Shown here: positions 10,041 through 19,200 of the stretch, one piece after another
Layout of the letters: each line of letters starts with the position of its first letter
Numbering within the stretch: the first letter of the stretch is position 1
Assembly: GCA_963729895.1 (NCBI GenBank)
Contig: CAVSQB010000007.1
Location: forward strand, 1-64,000
Direction of reading: 5' to 3'
From: an uncultured Fibrobacterota bacterium
GTDB lineage: Bacteria > Fibrobacterota > Chitinivibrionia > Chitinivibrionales > FEN-1185
DNA length: 64,000 nucleotides
The notes under the pieces: model-generated
Told to the model about the DNA's origin: nothing
The model's database searches: none
What the model saw: the letters and a program-made list of their open reading frames with translations, nothing else
Program-made: the position numbers and the translations under genes

Positions 10041-10414
10041 GGGGAAACCCTGGCGGGTTTCCCCTGGCCCCAAGCCTCCTCGCCGCGATTACGCGTTTGC
10101 GGGGTCTTGGGGCACACCCTTTCCAGCGGAAACGTGCGCGGGGCGCAACGCTTGCACGTTGCGTGCGTCACGTTTCCGCAACGCCTTCTCTGTGGTATGC
10201 CGCTTCGCGGCCATCAATAATGGATCGACTTCACCTATTGCCTCGCATCACTATGGAAAATAGAAAATGATCCCTGAACAGTAACCACCGCGCACCGTGA
10301 GTGCCCCCCAATTGCAGATTGATTCTAGCAACTAATCTCGCTAGGGGTGCACTCAGGAGAGGGGAGTGCCGAGGACAGCATGGCTGGCCGAGGCCGGGGG
10401 AGATACTTCTCCCC
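10041..10414. repeat. Intergenic cluster of GC-rich palindromes between divergent purA and XPB
   Basis: ggggaaaccc-tggc-gggtttcccc (10041-10064); gcggaaacgtg...cacgtttccgc (10126-10179); ggggaga-tact-tctcccc (~10397-10414). Confidence 0.55.
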
Positions 10415-10500
10415 CGAAAAATCGTAATAATTGCCGAATAGAGGCCCAAGAATTTCCCGGCATAGGTTATTTTCCGGAGTCTGCGAAAAAAGAGGAAGAA

Positions 10501-12171
10501 ATGAACTTGAACAACCCGCTCATCGTCCAGAGCAACAGCACGCTTCTTTTGGAGGTGAACAGCCCCCTGTTCACAGATGCGAGAGACGCCATCACGCTGT
10601 TCGCGCACCTGGAAAAGAGCCCGGAGCATATCCACACCTATTCCATTACGCCGCTGTCGCTGTGGAACGCGGCAGCGCTGGGCATGACCCCGGCCGCCGT
10701 GGTCGAGCTCCTGGAGAAATTCTCCAAATACGACCTTCCGCAAAACGTCCCGGAAACCATTGTCGAGCTCATGGGCAGGTTCGGAAAGCTTGTGCTCGAA
10801 ACTCACCCGGCCGGTCTTGCGCTGCGCTGCTCCGATCCGGACATGCTCCATCATCTTGTGCGCAACCAGAGGCTTGCCGGCCTTATCGGCGAACGCATCG
10901 ACGAGCGCCGGTACCGGGTGCCGGCGGAGAACCGCGGAATTATCAAACAGGTGATGATTTCCCTCGGCTTCCCGGTCTACGACGCGGCCGGGTACGTGGA
11001 GGGCGATCCGTTTCAGGTGACGCTCAAACAGGAGTGCGGCGACGGCTCTCCATTTACAATCAGGGAATACCAGAGACTGGCGGCCGAAAGTTACGTGGGC
11101 AATGCGCAGATGCCCGGCGGCAGCGGCGTGGTCGTTCTTCCGTGCGGCGCCGGAAAAACCATGGTGGGCATGTATGTGATGTCGCTTCTGAACCGAAGCA
11201 CGCTTATTCTCGTGACCAACGTGACCGCGGCGCGGCAGTGGCGCCGCGAACTCCTTGACAAAACAAATATCCCGGCCGAAGCCATCGGCGAATACAGCGG
11301 CGAATCGAAGGACATCAGGCCCGTCACGCTTGCAACCTACCAGATCCTCACCTACCGCAAGAAAAAGACAGACCCGTTTGTCCACTACGGCGTTTTCAAT
11401 TCGCAGAACTGGGGCCTCATCATCTACGACGAGGTCCACCTTCTTCCGGCGCCGGTGTTCAAATTTACGGCCGACATCCAGGCGCGGCGGCGGCTCGGGC
11501 TCACCGCGACCCTCATCCGCGAAGACGGGCACGAAAACGACGTGTTCACGCTTATCGGCCCCAAGAAGTTCGATGTGCCGTGGAAAGACCTGGAACGCCA
11601 GGGATGGATCGCCACGGCGCGGTGCGTGGAGATACGCGTGGACCTTCCGCAGGCGGAAAAACTCAGGTATTTCGGGATGACGCCGCGCGAACAGATACGG
11701 CTCGCGTACGAAAACCCCCGCAAAATTCCCATCGCCCGCGAATTGCTTGCACGGCACAAGGGAGACCAGGTGCTCATCATGGGCCAGTACCTGTCGCAGC
11801 TCAACGAATTCGCCGCGGAGTTCGGGGTGCCGATCATCACCGGCGCAACGCCCAACGACCGCCGCGACGAGCTGTACGCCGCGTTCCGCGCCGGGGAAAT
11901 ACGCGTGCTCATCCTTTCCAAGGTGGGAAATTTCGCCATCGACTTGCCGGATGCGAACGTGGCGATCCAGATTTCCGGGTCGTTCGGCTCGCGCCAGGAA
12001 GAGGCGCAGCGCCTGGGCCGGATCCTGCGCCCCAAGAAGCTGGGCGAGCAGGCGGTCTTCTACTCCATTGTGACGCGGGAAAGCAGGGAGCTGGATTTTG
12101 CCATGAACCGGCAATTGTTTCTTACCGAGCAGGGGTATTCGTATGAGATACAGTACAGGGAGTTTGAGTAA
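10501..12171 (+). CDS. DNA repair helicase XPB (Ssl2/Rad25-like, SF2)
   Basis: NPLIVQSN.TLLLEV, LEKSPEHIHTY, VLPCGAGKT, DEVH, LGLTAT, GSRQEEAQRLGRILR. Confidence 0.93.
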   Translation: MNLNNPLIVQSNSTLLLEVNSPLFTDARDAITLFAHLEKSPEHIHTYSITPLSLWNAAALGMTPAAVVELLEKFSKYDLPQNVPETIVELMGRFGKLVLETHPAGLALRCSDPDMLHHLVRNQRLAGLIGERIDERRYRVPAENRGIIKQVMISLGFPVYDAAGYVEGDPFQVTLKQECGDGSPFTIREYQRLAAESYVGNAQMPGGSGVVVLPCGAGKTMVGMYVMSLLNRSTLILVTNVTAARQWRRELLDKTNIPAEAIGEYSGESKDIRPVTLATYQILTYRKKKTDPFVHYGVFNSQNWGLIIYDEVHLLPAPVFKFTADIQARRRLGLTATLIREDGHENDVFTLIGPKKFDVPWKDLERQGWIATARCVEIRVDLPQAEKLRYFGMTPREQIRLAYENPRKIPIARELLARHKGDQVLIMGQYLSQLNEFAAEFGVPIITGATPNDRRDELYAAFRAGEIRVLILSKVGNFAIDLPDANVAIQISGSFGSRQEEAQRLGRILRPKKLGEQAVFYSIVTRESRELDFAMNRQLFLTEQGYSYEIQYREFE

Positions 12172-12260
12172 ATAATTATCTGCTTTGTCAATTTTGCTCA
12201 CGACCCTCAAGAAGAGCCGGACGCCCCGCCGCTTTGCGGCAACATAAAAATGATAACATA

Positions 12261-12833
12261 TTGGATTGCTGAGCGTGTGCGGCGTGGATGTACCCCTGGC
12301 AAGCCAGTACCCTTAGTTGCGCGCACCAATATCGAGAAAAGAATCTGGGCGCCCCGTCCCCATCGGGACGGCGGCCCTCCTTTCAGGCCCGGCCGGTTGG
12401 CCTCGGCGCCGCCTGCCGCCAAGGCCCTTCGGGCCGCTGGTGAACTCGGCCTGCGCCAAACCGACTCGGGACCTTCACCCCCGAACCCCGACCTACTTTT
12501 CTTCTTCAGCGAAGAAAAGTAGGCAAAAGACGCCGCCCCGCAGTGGCGCTTATCGCCACGGCCTCCGGGCGGCTACGGAACAATGGAAGGAAATTGTGAA
12601 GCCTTTCCCTCCGGGAAAGGCGGGACTCGTCCTCGCCGCCGATCCTTCGGCCGCAGCTGCGCCACTGATGGGGGAAGAAAAACAAAACCGCCCCGATGTT
12701 GACAGCACAACTGCACCTCGCGGGTGCCCCACAGCAGAGGATTGGATTCTTGCCCCAACTCCCACTTTGGGGTCACCCGGCACTGCTATCCAAAAGCACT
12801 TATTTATCGTGATATCCGGCTCAGCTATCCCAA
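12261..12833. repeat. Copy R1 of the modular repeat family (unit A, linker, module B', inner palindromes, inverted unit C with doubled end motif)
   Basis: Starts ttggattgctgagcg; ends ccggcactgctatccaa and ccggctcagctatccca (reverse complements of the start motif); blocks shared with 14179-14587, 19201-19690 and 21711-22165. Confidence 0.9.
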
Positions 12834-12867
12834 AGCATACTGATTTATTGTAACCTCCTAAAAACTT

Positions 12868-12897
12868 TTGCCTTGCCGCCTCACAAATGTGTATACT
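12868..12897 (+). promoter_or_regulatory. Putative sigma70 promoter of the TA operon with overlapping palindromic operator
   Basis: TTGCCT-18 bp-TATACT with TGn extended -10; palindrome cacaaatgtg overlaps the spacer. Confidence 0.55.
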
Positions 12898-12993
12898 CTT
12901 GAGTGACGGTATGGGCCGCCACAATGCCCACGCTCGTCACGCTTCGGCTCTGCCGCCCGCGACTCGGTTTACGACATTGCAAGGAGTTTCCTC

Positions 12994-13281
12994 ATGCGCT
13001 TTATTACCGTTCGAGACCTGCGAGGCAAATCGGCGCAGGTGTGGCAGCACCTGGACAGGGAAAAGGAAATGGTGATCACCTCAAACGGGAAACCGGTGGC
13101 CGTGCTGTGTTCGGTTTCCGAGGACACGCTGGAGGAATCGCTGGCGGCCATCCGGCGCTGCCGCGCCGTGGCCGGCGTGTCGGCGATCCAGCTGAAGTCG
13201 CTGGAAAACGGTTCCGACGGCATCGCCGACGACGAGATACGCGACGAGATCGGCCGCGAGCGCAGGGGGAGGGGCAGGTGA
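12994..13281 (+). CDS. Phd/YefM-family antitoxin
   Basis: MRFITVRDLRGKSAQVW...VITSNGKPVAVL; RBS aaggag; GTGA overlap with the toxin gene. Confidence 0.9.
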   Translation: MRFITVRDLRGKSAQVWQHLDREKEMVITSNGKPVAVLCSVSEDTLEESLAAIRRCRAVAGVSAIQLKSLENGSDGIADDEIRDEIGRERRGRGR

Positions 13282-13685
13282 AGGTCGTGCTCGACACCCA
13301 GGTCCTGGTGTCCGGCCTGCTGAGACCGTACGGCCCGGCCGGCGACATCGTTCGCATGGCGTCAAGTGGAAGCCTGACGCTCAGTCTTGACGCGCGCATT
13401 CTTTCCGAATACCGGCGCGTGCTTGCCCGTCCGAGGTTTTGTTTCAACGCCGAGCGTGTGGAACTGCTTCTGCACCAGATTGCGTCGGCAGGCGACATGG
13501 TGGCCGGCCGACCCCTGCCCGCGTCGCTTCCGGATGCAAACGAGGACGTTTTCCTGGAAATCACCATGTCGGGCGAGGCGCGGCGGCTCGTGACGGAAAA
13601 TCCCAAACGCTACCCGCCGCGGGTGCGCCACGGGCTCGTTGTTTCCCCGCAGGAGCTTCTCGAACTGTACCGCAAGGAAATGTGA
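13278..13685 (+). CDS. PIN-domain toxin (putative TA toxin component, PIN family)
   Basis: VKVVLDTQVLVSGL...ILSEYRRVLARPRF...DANEDVFLE...LVTEN; coupled to the antitoxin. Confidence 0.88.
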   Translation: MKVVLDTQVLVSGLLRPYGPAGDIVRMASSGSLTLSLDARILSEYRRVLARPRFCFNAERVELLLHQIASAGDMVAGRPLPASLPDANEDVFLEITMSGEARRLVTENPKRYPPRVRHGLVVSPQELLELYRKEM

Positions 13686-13779
13686 CGGCCGCAGCCCCTT
13701 GCTTGATTTCACCCCGCGATTAGTATATCTTTCCTGTGAAGAGTGTAGTCTGCATTTTCCCCCCCCAGGAGGACATGGC

Positions 13780-14127
13780 ATGGATATTCGAAAACTGGCG
13801 GCGGCCCTTCTCGTGATTTTTGCGACCTGCGCGCCGGACCAGGTGAAGCCCCTGGCGCTGACGATACTGAAACCGGCGGACGGCGATACGCTTCACACGG
13901 ATACCATCCCTATTGAGGGAATAACCACGGTCGGAGCAACCGTGCACGTGGCGGGTTCCAGCACGGACACCGGGTTTCTGTTTCCCGTGAACGACTCCGG
14001 ACACTTTGCAGGCGGCCTGCCCTTTGAGAACCAGACCGGCACCTATGTCGCAATCTTCAGGGTCAAGATGGGCACCTTGACAATAGAGGACAGCCGGACC
14101 GTGTATTACGTGGCCCCGCAGCCGTGA
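13780..14127 (+). CDS. Putative lipoprotein with an Ig-like beta-sandwich
   Basis: MDIRKLAAALLVIFATC lipobox-like signal; LTILKPADGDT...IEGIT; RBS aggagg. Confidence 0.7.
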   Translation: MDIRKLAAALLVIFATCAPDQVKPLALTILKPADGDTLHTDTIPIEGITTVGATVHVAGSSTDTGFLFPVNDSGHFAGGLPFENQTGTYVAIFRVKMGTLTIEDSRTVYYVAPQP

Positions 14128-14178
14128 GTTTGCCTTTTCGCCGCGGCCTCACCTAGAGTTTTCATAGCTAAAATGTAA

Positions 14179-14587
14179 TTCTGGATTGCTGAGCCGGTGC
14201 GGCGTGGGTGTACCTGCTGCAAGCCCGTACCCTCAGTTGCGCGCACCAATATCAAGATATGAATTTGGGCGCCCCCGCCGCGTTGCAGCGGCGGCTCTCC
14301 CTCTGGGCCACCCCTTCGGGTGCTTCCAAGGGTCGTCGGCTGGTCAGCCTCGGTGCCGATCCGCCCTATGCCTACGGCCGGGTCGGCCGGCACCGCGCAC
14401 TTGCGCGCCCGGCGGTCCAGCCTGGCGCTGGACAAAAGATAGTTGCCACAACTGTCAACTTGTTCCAAGAGATAATGCATTTCAAGACTTCGCCTGTCCA
14501 GCGACACCTCGCAGGTGCCCCACAGCACAGGATTGGATTCTTGCCGCCACTCCACCTATGGTGGTCACCCGGTTCAGCCATCCAGAA
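14179..14587. repeat. Copy R2 of the modular repeat family (A, linker, B, C) with 19-bp terminal inverted repeats
   Basis: ttctggattgctgagccgg ... ccggttcagccatccagaa, 17/19 inverted match. Confidence 0.9.
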
Positions 14588-14714
14588 GCAAAGGAACCGG
14601 GCGGTTTCCTGCAGAAAACACTTTCTGTCAAAGGGGCTTGTAAAGCGGGGGGTTGACAGTATATTATGAGGGTGAGGGGAAAACTACGTAAAATCTGCCT
14701 TGGGGGGAGTCAAT

Positions 14715-15258
14715 ATGTTCGGCAAACGGACCATCTTGTTCATTCTTGTGTGTGGTGGCGTGGGGTTCGGTCAATGGGTACAGGTCGATTCAGGCCTCCC
14801 GATAAGTACTTCGGTCGCATGCTTTGCCCTGAGCGGCGGCAACATCTTTGCAACGGCTCAGGGCGGTATTTTTCTTACTGCCGATAACGGCGCAAGCTGG
14901 ACAGCGGTCAATTTTTGCCGGGACTAATGGTGGCGGTGTTTGGCGTAGGCCGCTTTCTGAAGTGCTGGGGGTGATCAATCCTAACCTGCAGCGGGAAATG
15001 TTAAAGCCGTATGCCAAAGGATTCAGAATCACTATCATCAAGAACGGTATTGCCGTCTTGTTGCCCGAGGCCTTTAACAGTGGCGCGATAACCGTTGAAT
15101 TAGTCAATATCGCCGGAAGAATGATCTATTCAGCCACGCATCAATCTCATAACGGAAACCTGAATATTCCGATCTCAGGACTTTCAACCGGCGTCTATCT
15201 AATGTCAATCACAAGCAAAAACACAATCAAGTCTTCGTCGTTTGTTGTGACGAAATGA
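14715..15258 (+). pseudogene. Internally deleted/frameshifted BNR-repeat protein with T9SS-type C-terminal domain
   Basis: Signal peptide and DNGASWTAVN in one frame join out of frame at ~14910 to IFAGTNGGGVWRRPLS and a C-terminal VELVNIAGR...GLSTGVYL...FVVTK domain. Confidence 0.75.
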
Positions 15259-15418
15259 GGCCGGTCCGGGCGGTTTCTTATTATGTGAACAGGCGACAAA
15301 GCTCGTTCACGGATAAACTCCTAATCTACTTATTTCCGCGCGGGCCAGATCTCATCCGCAATTTTCAACGAACCTTCGTCCAACCCGACGTGCCTCTTCA
15401 TAATTTCAATAATTCCCT

Positions 15419-17061
15419 CCTAAATCCGTGAGAAAAACTTTGGCATTTTGATGATTTTTCGTGTAGATTAAGGGTGAATGGTGCTTGACTAAATGGCAGT
15501 TCACATTATTCACCCGGAAGGTGTCATGCCAAAGCCGAGAAAGTTGATAATCACGGAGACGGACGAGTTTCTGACCAGCCATGGTGGAATGGCAATGATC
15601 GGGATGCTTGCGGAGCGATCCGGTTTGCGCGAGCGTGTTTCGCAGGTTACTCCGGACAAGAAGAGCGGGAGTATAAGCACCGCGGACGCGCTGCTGACCA
15701 TGACGGGGCTTTTGTGTCTTGCCAAACCAGACTTTGACGGGGTCGAGCAGTTTCGTGAAGACGACTATTTTCAGGAGATGCTTGGATTGAAAGCGGTTCC
15801 TTCCGAGGCTACACTGCGGCAGCGAATGGACGAAACGGGCCTGACCGTTCAAAACGCAGTCCTTTCCGCTTCGGCGTCCCTGTTGAAAAAAGCAGCGCCA
15901 CGGCTCACCGCCTGCTTTGGACCGTATATTCCGATTGACGCTGACGTATCTCCTTTTGACAACAGTGGTTCTCATAAGGAAGGCGTAAGCTGCACGTACA
16001 AGTTGTTCGAGGGATATTCTCCGATGCTTGCCTACATAGGCGTGGAAGGCTACCTGCTGAACGCGGAGTTGCGCGAAGGGAAACAACATTGCCAGGAAGG
16101 AACTCCGGAGTTTCTGCGCAAGACCATAGCCCTTGCTCGAAAAATAACGGATCGTTCGATCCTTGTGCGTCTTGATGCCGGACATGACGATATTGAAAAC
16201 ATGCGAGTCTGCCGCAAGGAAAAGGTCGATTACATAATCAAACGGAACATACGCAGGGAATCTATTGACGAATGGCTCGTGGATGCTCAAGCGCTCGGTG
16301 ACTGGCGTCATCCTCGTGAAGGCAAGACCGTGTACGTTGGTGAGACAATACGGGAAAGAAACGGCGAAAACATGCGCGTTGTGTTCGAGGTGATCGAACG
16401 GACAATCGACCGCGACGGAAACGCCTTGCTGCTGCCGGATGTAGAGGTTCACACGTGGTGGACGAGCCTGAGCAGACGCAACGCCGGCCCGGACGACGTT
16501 ATTGCAGCGTACCGGGATCATGGCACCAGCGAGCAGTTTCACTCGGAGCTGAAGAGTGATATGGCGCTGGAGCGGCTTCCCAGCGGGAAGTTCACGACCA
16601 ACGCATTGGTGTTGACGTTGGCGGTTCTTGCGTTCAACATGCTGCGGCTCTGCGGCCAAGTTGGAATCGACAAGGGGTACGTGCCGCGTAAGAAAGTTGC
16701 ACGCCGGAGATTGCGGAAGGTCATTCAGGATCTTATGTACATAGCAGCACGCGTGATAACGCATGCCCGCCGGTTGATGCTTGCCCTGTCGCGGCGGAAT
16801 CAACTCCGCATAGCGTGGACGCAAACGTATCTGGCGTTCGCCACGGATGGCTGACCTAAGGAGAGCAATAAACGGAAATAGACCCGTAACCAAACAAACG
16901 TCGCCACCGACACGTTGAGTGTATTTGTCAACCATGGGGTCAGAAGCGCAAATCATAGTGGAATCACCCCGGCAACAACTTATCAAGAAGCCTTAGCAAC
17001 CATATTCGTTCTTGTCAACGCCGTCAATTTGTTTTTAATAACCTTATCTCACGGAATCAGG
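15419..17061 (+). mobile_element. IS1380-family insertion sequence, copy 1
   Basis: IRs cctaaatccgtgaga / tctcacggaatcagg; 5-bp direct repeat TCCCT at 15414-15418 and 17062-17066. Confidence 0.92.
15493..16854 (+). CDS. IS1380-family transposase
   Basis: 453 aa; LTSHGG, VPSEATLRQR, IDADVSPFDN, VRLDAGHD, YRDHGTSEQFHSELK, LERLPSGKF; identical translation to 30722-32083. Confidence 0.93.
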   Translation: MAVHIIHPEGVMPKPRKLIITETDEFLTSHGGMAMIGMLAERSGLRERVSQVTPDKKSGSISTADALLTMTGLLCLAKPDFDGVEQFREDDYFQEMLGLKAVPSEATLRQRMDETGLTVQNAVLSASASLLKKAAPRLTACFGPYIPIDADVSPFDNSGSHKEGVSCTYKLFEGYSPMLAYIGVEGYLLNAELREGKQHCQEGTPEFLRKTIALARKITDRSILVRLDAGHDDIENMRVCRKEKVDYIIKRNIRRESIDEWLVDAQALGDWRHPREGKTVYVGETIRERNGENMRVVFEVIERTIDRDGNALLLPDVEVHTWWTSLSRRNAGPDDVIAAYRDHGTSEQFHSELKSDMALERLPSGKFTTNALVLTLAVLAFNMLRLCGQVGIDKGYVPRKKVARRRLRKVIQDLMYIAARVITHARRLMLALSRRNQLRIAWTQTYLAFATDG

Positions 17062-17921
17062 TCCCTTTAAGTCGCCAAGCTCATCCTTGAACGCCGGTTC
17101 TCGTAGTGCGTCCATCAGGCCGATGACGGCCGGGTACATTGCGGAGCATGTATTCTTGACGCTATCGGAATCAGGCTTATGACGCAGCATCCGCGGCAGG
17201 TAACGGACCGATCCGGGGTCGTTTGTATTCCAGCCGGTTATTTCCAGGTACACGGGGATAGTGTAATTCGAGTTGAAGATGTTTATCATTTCGATCTTGC
17301 ACACGGATTCAACCAGGTTTCCGATATCCTTGATAAATTGGACATTCTGGAGATCGCCCAGTTTCACGGTCACCAGCGGGAGGCCGATGGGAACATTCCA
17401 GATCATGCCGTCGCCTTCGGAGTCGACCTTGATCGAATCGAAGAAGGTGTCTTTTGAAAAATCCAATTCCCGGTGCGTCTCGTTCGGTTTTAGGGAAACG
17501 CAGAACGGCAGCGTGTTTCTCGCCCTGAACCACCAGATCTTGTTGACGGAGTATAAACTGATTTCGTCATTCTTGACATCAGAGGAACAGATGAACAGGG
17601 GCATCTTCTGGTGGAAGAGCCACCTGATCTCCCGGTCTTTCCAGGGCGCGTCGGGCCTGTCTTTCCCCCCGTACCGCAAGGCCTGCAGGCCTGAAGGTTT
17701 GATTTGAACTCCGAATTCCGTCTGGCTCAATACCGCGATCTCTTTTTGCCCGCATAAGCAGCATTGAAGATCGATTCCCGCGTCTTCCTGCCTCAGAATG
17801 TATGCCGATGAGGCGAATTTGGACAGGAAATAGAGCGCCAGATAATCCGATCTGGTGGCCTCGCTCAATCCATAGGGATTTGTCCCTGCCATCGTGATCT
17901 CCTTTCTCGAATGCCCGTGCC

Positions 17922-18305
17922 TCAGACAAAACAGGACAAAATGGCCACGACTGCCCCGATGCAAGCGGACAGGACGATGATCTGCCGGGCTTTCTTCCTG
18001 TCTTTTGCCCTGAATTCCGCTTGCGTTACGGTCTCGGTTTTGCCGGCCTCGGGTCCGAAATTAAACAATCCCCGGCTGCCGAACCCTGCGCAGAAATGCA
18101 TGTATGCCTGCAAAAACCCGCTTGCCGCCAGGGCAGCCGGAAGGAACAGAAGCAACCGCCAGGCCGGGGGAACGTGTGCGAACAGAAGAACAACCCAAAC
18201 GGCCACGGTAACAATCGTCCCGACCCAACCCGCCCGTTTTCGTTTCCCTATTTCCGCCCGGCCGATATTGCACACGCCGGGAACATAACTATTTATCCCC
18301 TTCAT
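17922..18305 (-). CDS. Small conserved membrane protein
   Basis: YVPGVCNIG..EI..R motif, three hydrophobic segments, FLQAYMHFCAGFG. Confidence 0.75.
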   Translation of the reverse strand: MKGINSYVPGVCNIGRAEIGKRKRAGWVGTIVTVAVWVVLLFAHVPPAWRLLLFLPAALAASGFLQAYMHFCAGFGSRGLFNFGPEAGKTETVTQAEFRAKDRKKARQIIVLSACIGAVVAILSCFV

Positions 18306-18337
18306 GCGCGCAGCTCCTTGATAAGAAAGAAAAATGC

Positions 18338-18952
18338 CTATCGTGTATCTGATTCCCGCGCTGTTTTCAAGGCCTTTGCCCACCAGAGAAGCTCTTCGAA
18401 GAAGAGATTCACGCGGTCAACGGGTTCTTTCAGCGATTTAAACAGCTCGGGGTTTACCGGGACTTTCTCATTCACCACCGCCCGGTATACATCCACCGGA
18501 ATGTGAATCCCGTTTCTTATGGGCGTCATCTGGAGTTCCACGGCAACCTCGCGCAGCTGTTCGATGCTTCGCGCTCCGCCGGTATTTCCGTAACCCACGA
18601 AACCCACGGGTTTTTTGTTCCATTCGGGAAATATGGAATCAAGGGCATTCTTCAGTGAGCCGGGATAACCATGGTTGTATTCCGGTGTCACGATGATGAA
18701 GCCGTCGCCGTCATTGATTCGGTCCGCCCATCTTTTTACGACCTCGTTGGAGTACGTGCCGGGGTTCCTCGCAGGAGGCACCGGATCGGTAAAGAACGGC
18801 ATCGGGAAATCCTTCAAGTCCAGGAGTTCGGCCTCCATCTCTTTTACCTTTTTGGCTTCCTCGTAAATCCAATATGCCGGCTTGTCGCCGAACCGTCCTT
18901 GCCGGATACTGCCTGCAATAACCTTCACTTTGATCGGCGATGGTCCCGGCAT
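18338..18952 (-). CDS. NADPH-dependent FMN reductase
   Basis: IAGSIRQGR, DGFIIVTPEYNHGYPGSLKNALD, EWNKKPVGFVGYG..GGARSIEQLR; RBS aaggag. Confidence 0.93.
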   Translation of the reverse strand: MPGPSPIKVKVIAGSIRQGRFGDKPAYWIYEEAKKVKEMEAELLDLKDFPMPFFTDPVPPARNPGTYSNEVVKRWADRINDGDGFIIVTPEYNHGYPGSLKNALDSIFPEWNKKPVGFVGYGNTGGARSIEQLREVAVELQMTPIRNGIHIPVDVYRAVVNEKVPVNPELFKSLKEPVDRVNLFFEELLWWAKALKTARESDTR

Positions 18953-19200
18953 GTGCCGCTCCTTTTGAAAGATTGTCAAACAAGAAGGAGTTACAAATGT
19001 GCAAGCAGCGTGCCAGAGCATGTTCCGCTGTTCAGCCGCAGCTGCACGCTTCCGGAGCGGGTCGGTCACGGGAATCGGCTCTGTCCGTCAGCAATATTTC
19101 TCAATTGTGCGAATGCAAATGGCACACCGGCCTTATAAATTTCGGGAATTGTGGAGCGTTGAAGCGGCCGTTCTTTACGGGGAGGTGCATGAAAATCATT

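Larger units (their letters stand above)
15330..17892 (-). pseudogene. DUF4365-like PD-(D/E)xK protein interrupted near its 3' end by IS1380
   Basis: RBS gaaaggag, ATG 17892; RQEDAGIDLQC...FGVQIK motif; removing the IS and one TCCCT repeat restores ...DLKG-IIEIMKRHVG...WPARK* (stop 15330-15332). Confidence 0.75.

Noticed and set aside
10231..12210. 659-aa minus-strand ORF and similar long shadow ORFs over rpoB, rpoC and fusA
   Set aside because: Antisense to well-conserved genes; expected from high-GC codon bias.
12573..12776. Family of small ORFs with similar peptides (MTPKWEL...ESN.LLWGT; also 14106-14555 and 19381-19671)
   Set aside because: The similarity comes from translating repeat unit C; lengths and downstream frames are inconsistent and there is no RBS.
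14188..14247. Group II intron domain V remnant (GAGCCGG start)
   Set aside because: The 34-nt domain V hairpin with its paired 3' CGGTTC strand is absent and there is no reverse transcriptase gene.
14230..14265. XerC/D dif-like site (reverse complement GGTGCGCGCAA resembles the XerC arm)
   Set aside because: No XerD-like arm (TTATGTTAAAT) at the 6-bp spacing.
15406..16986. Long antisense ORFs in IS elements (also 2600-3820, 24686-25876, 26907-28274)
   Set aside because: They shadow recognisable transposases and show no protein motifs.
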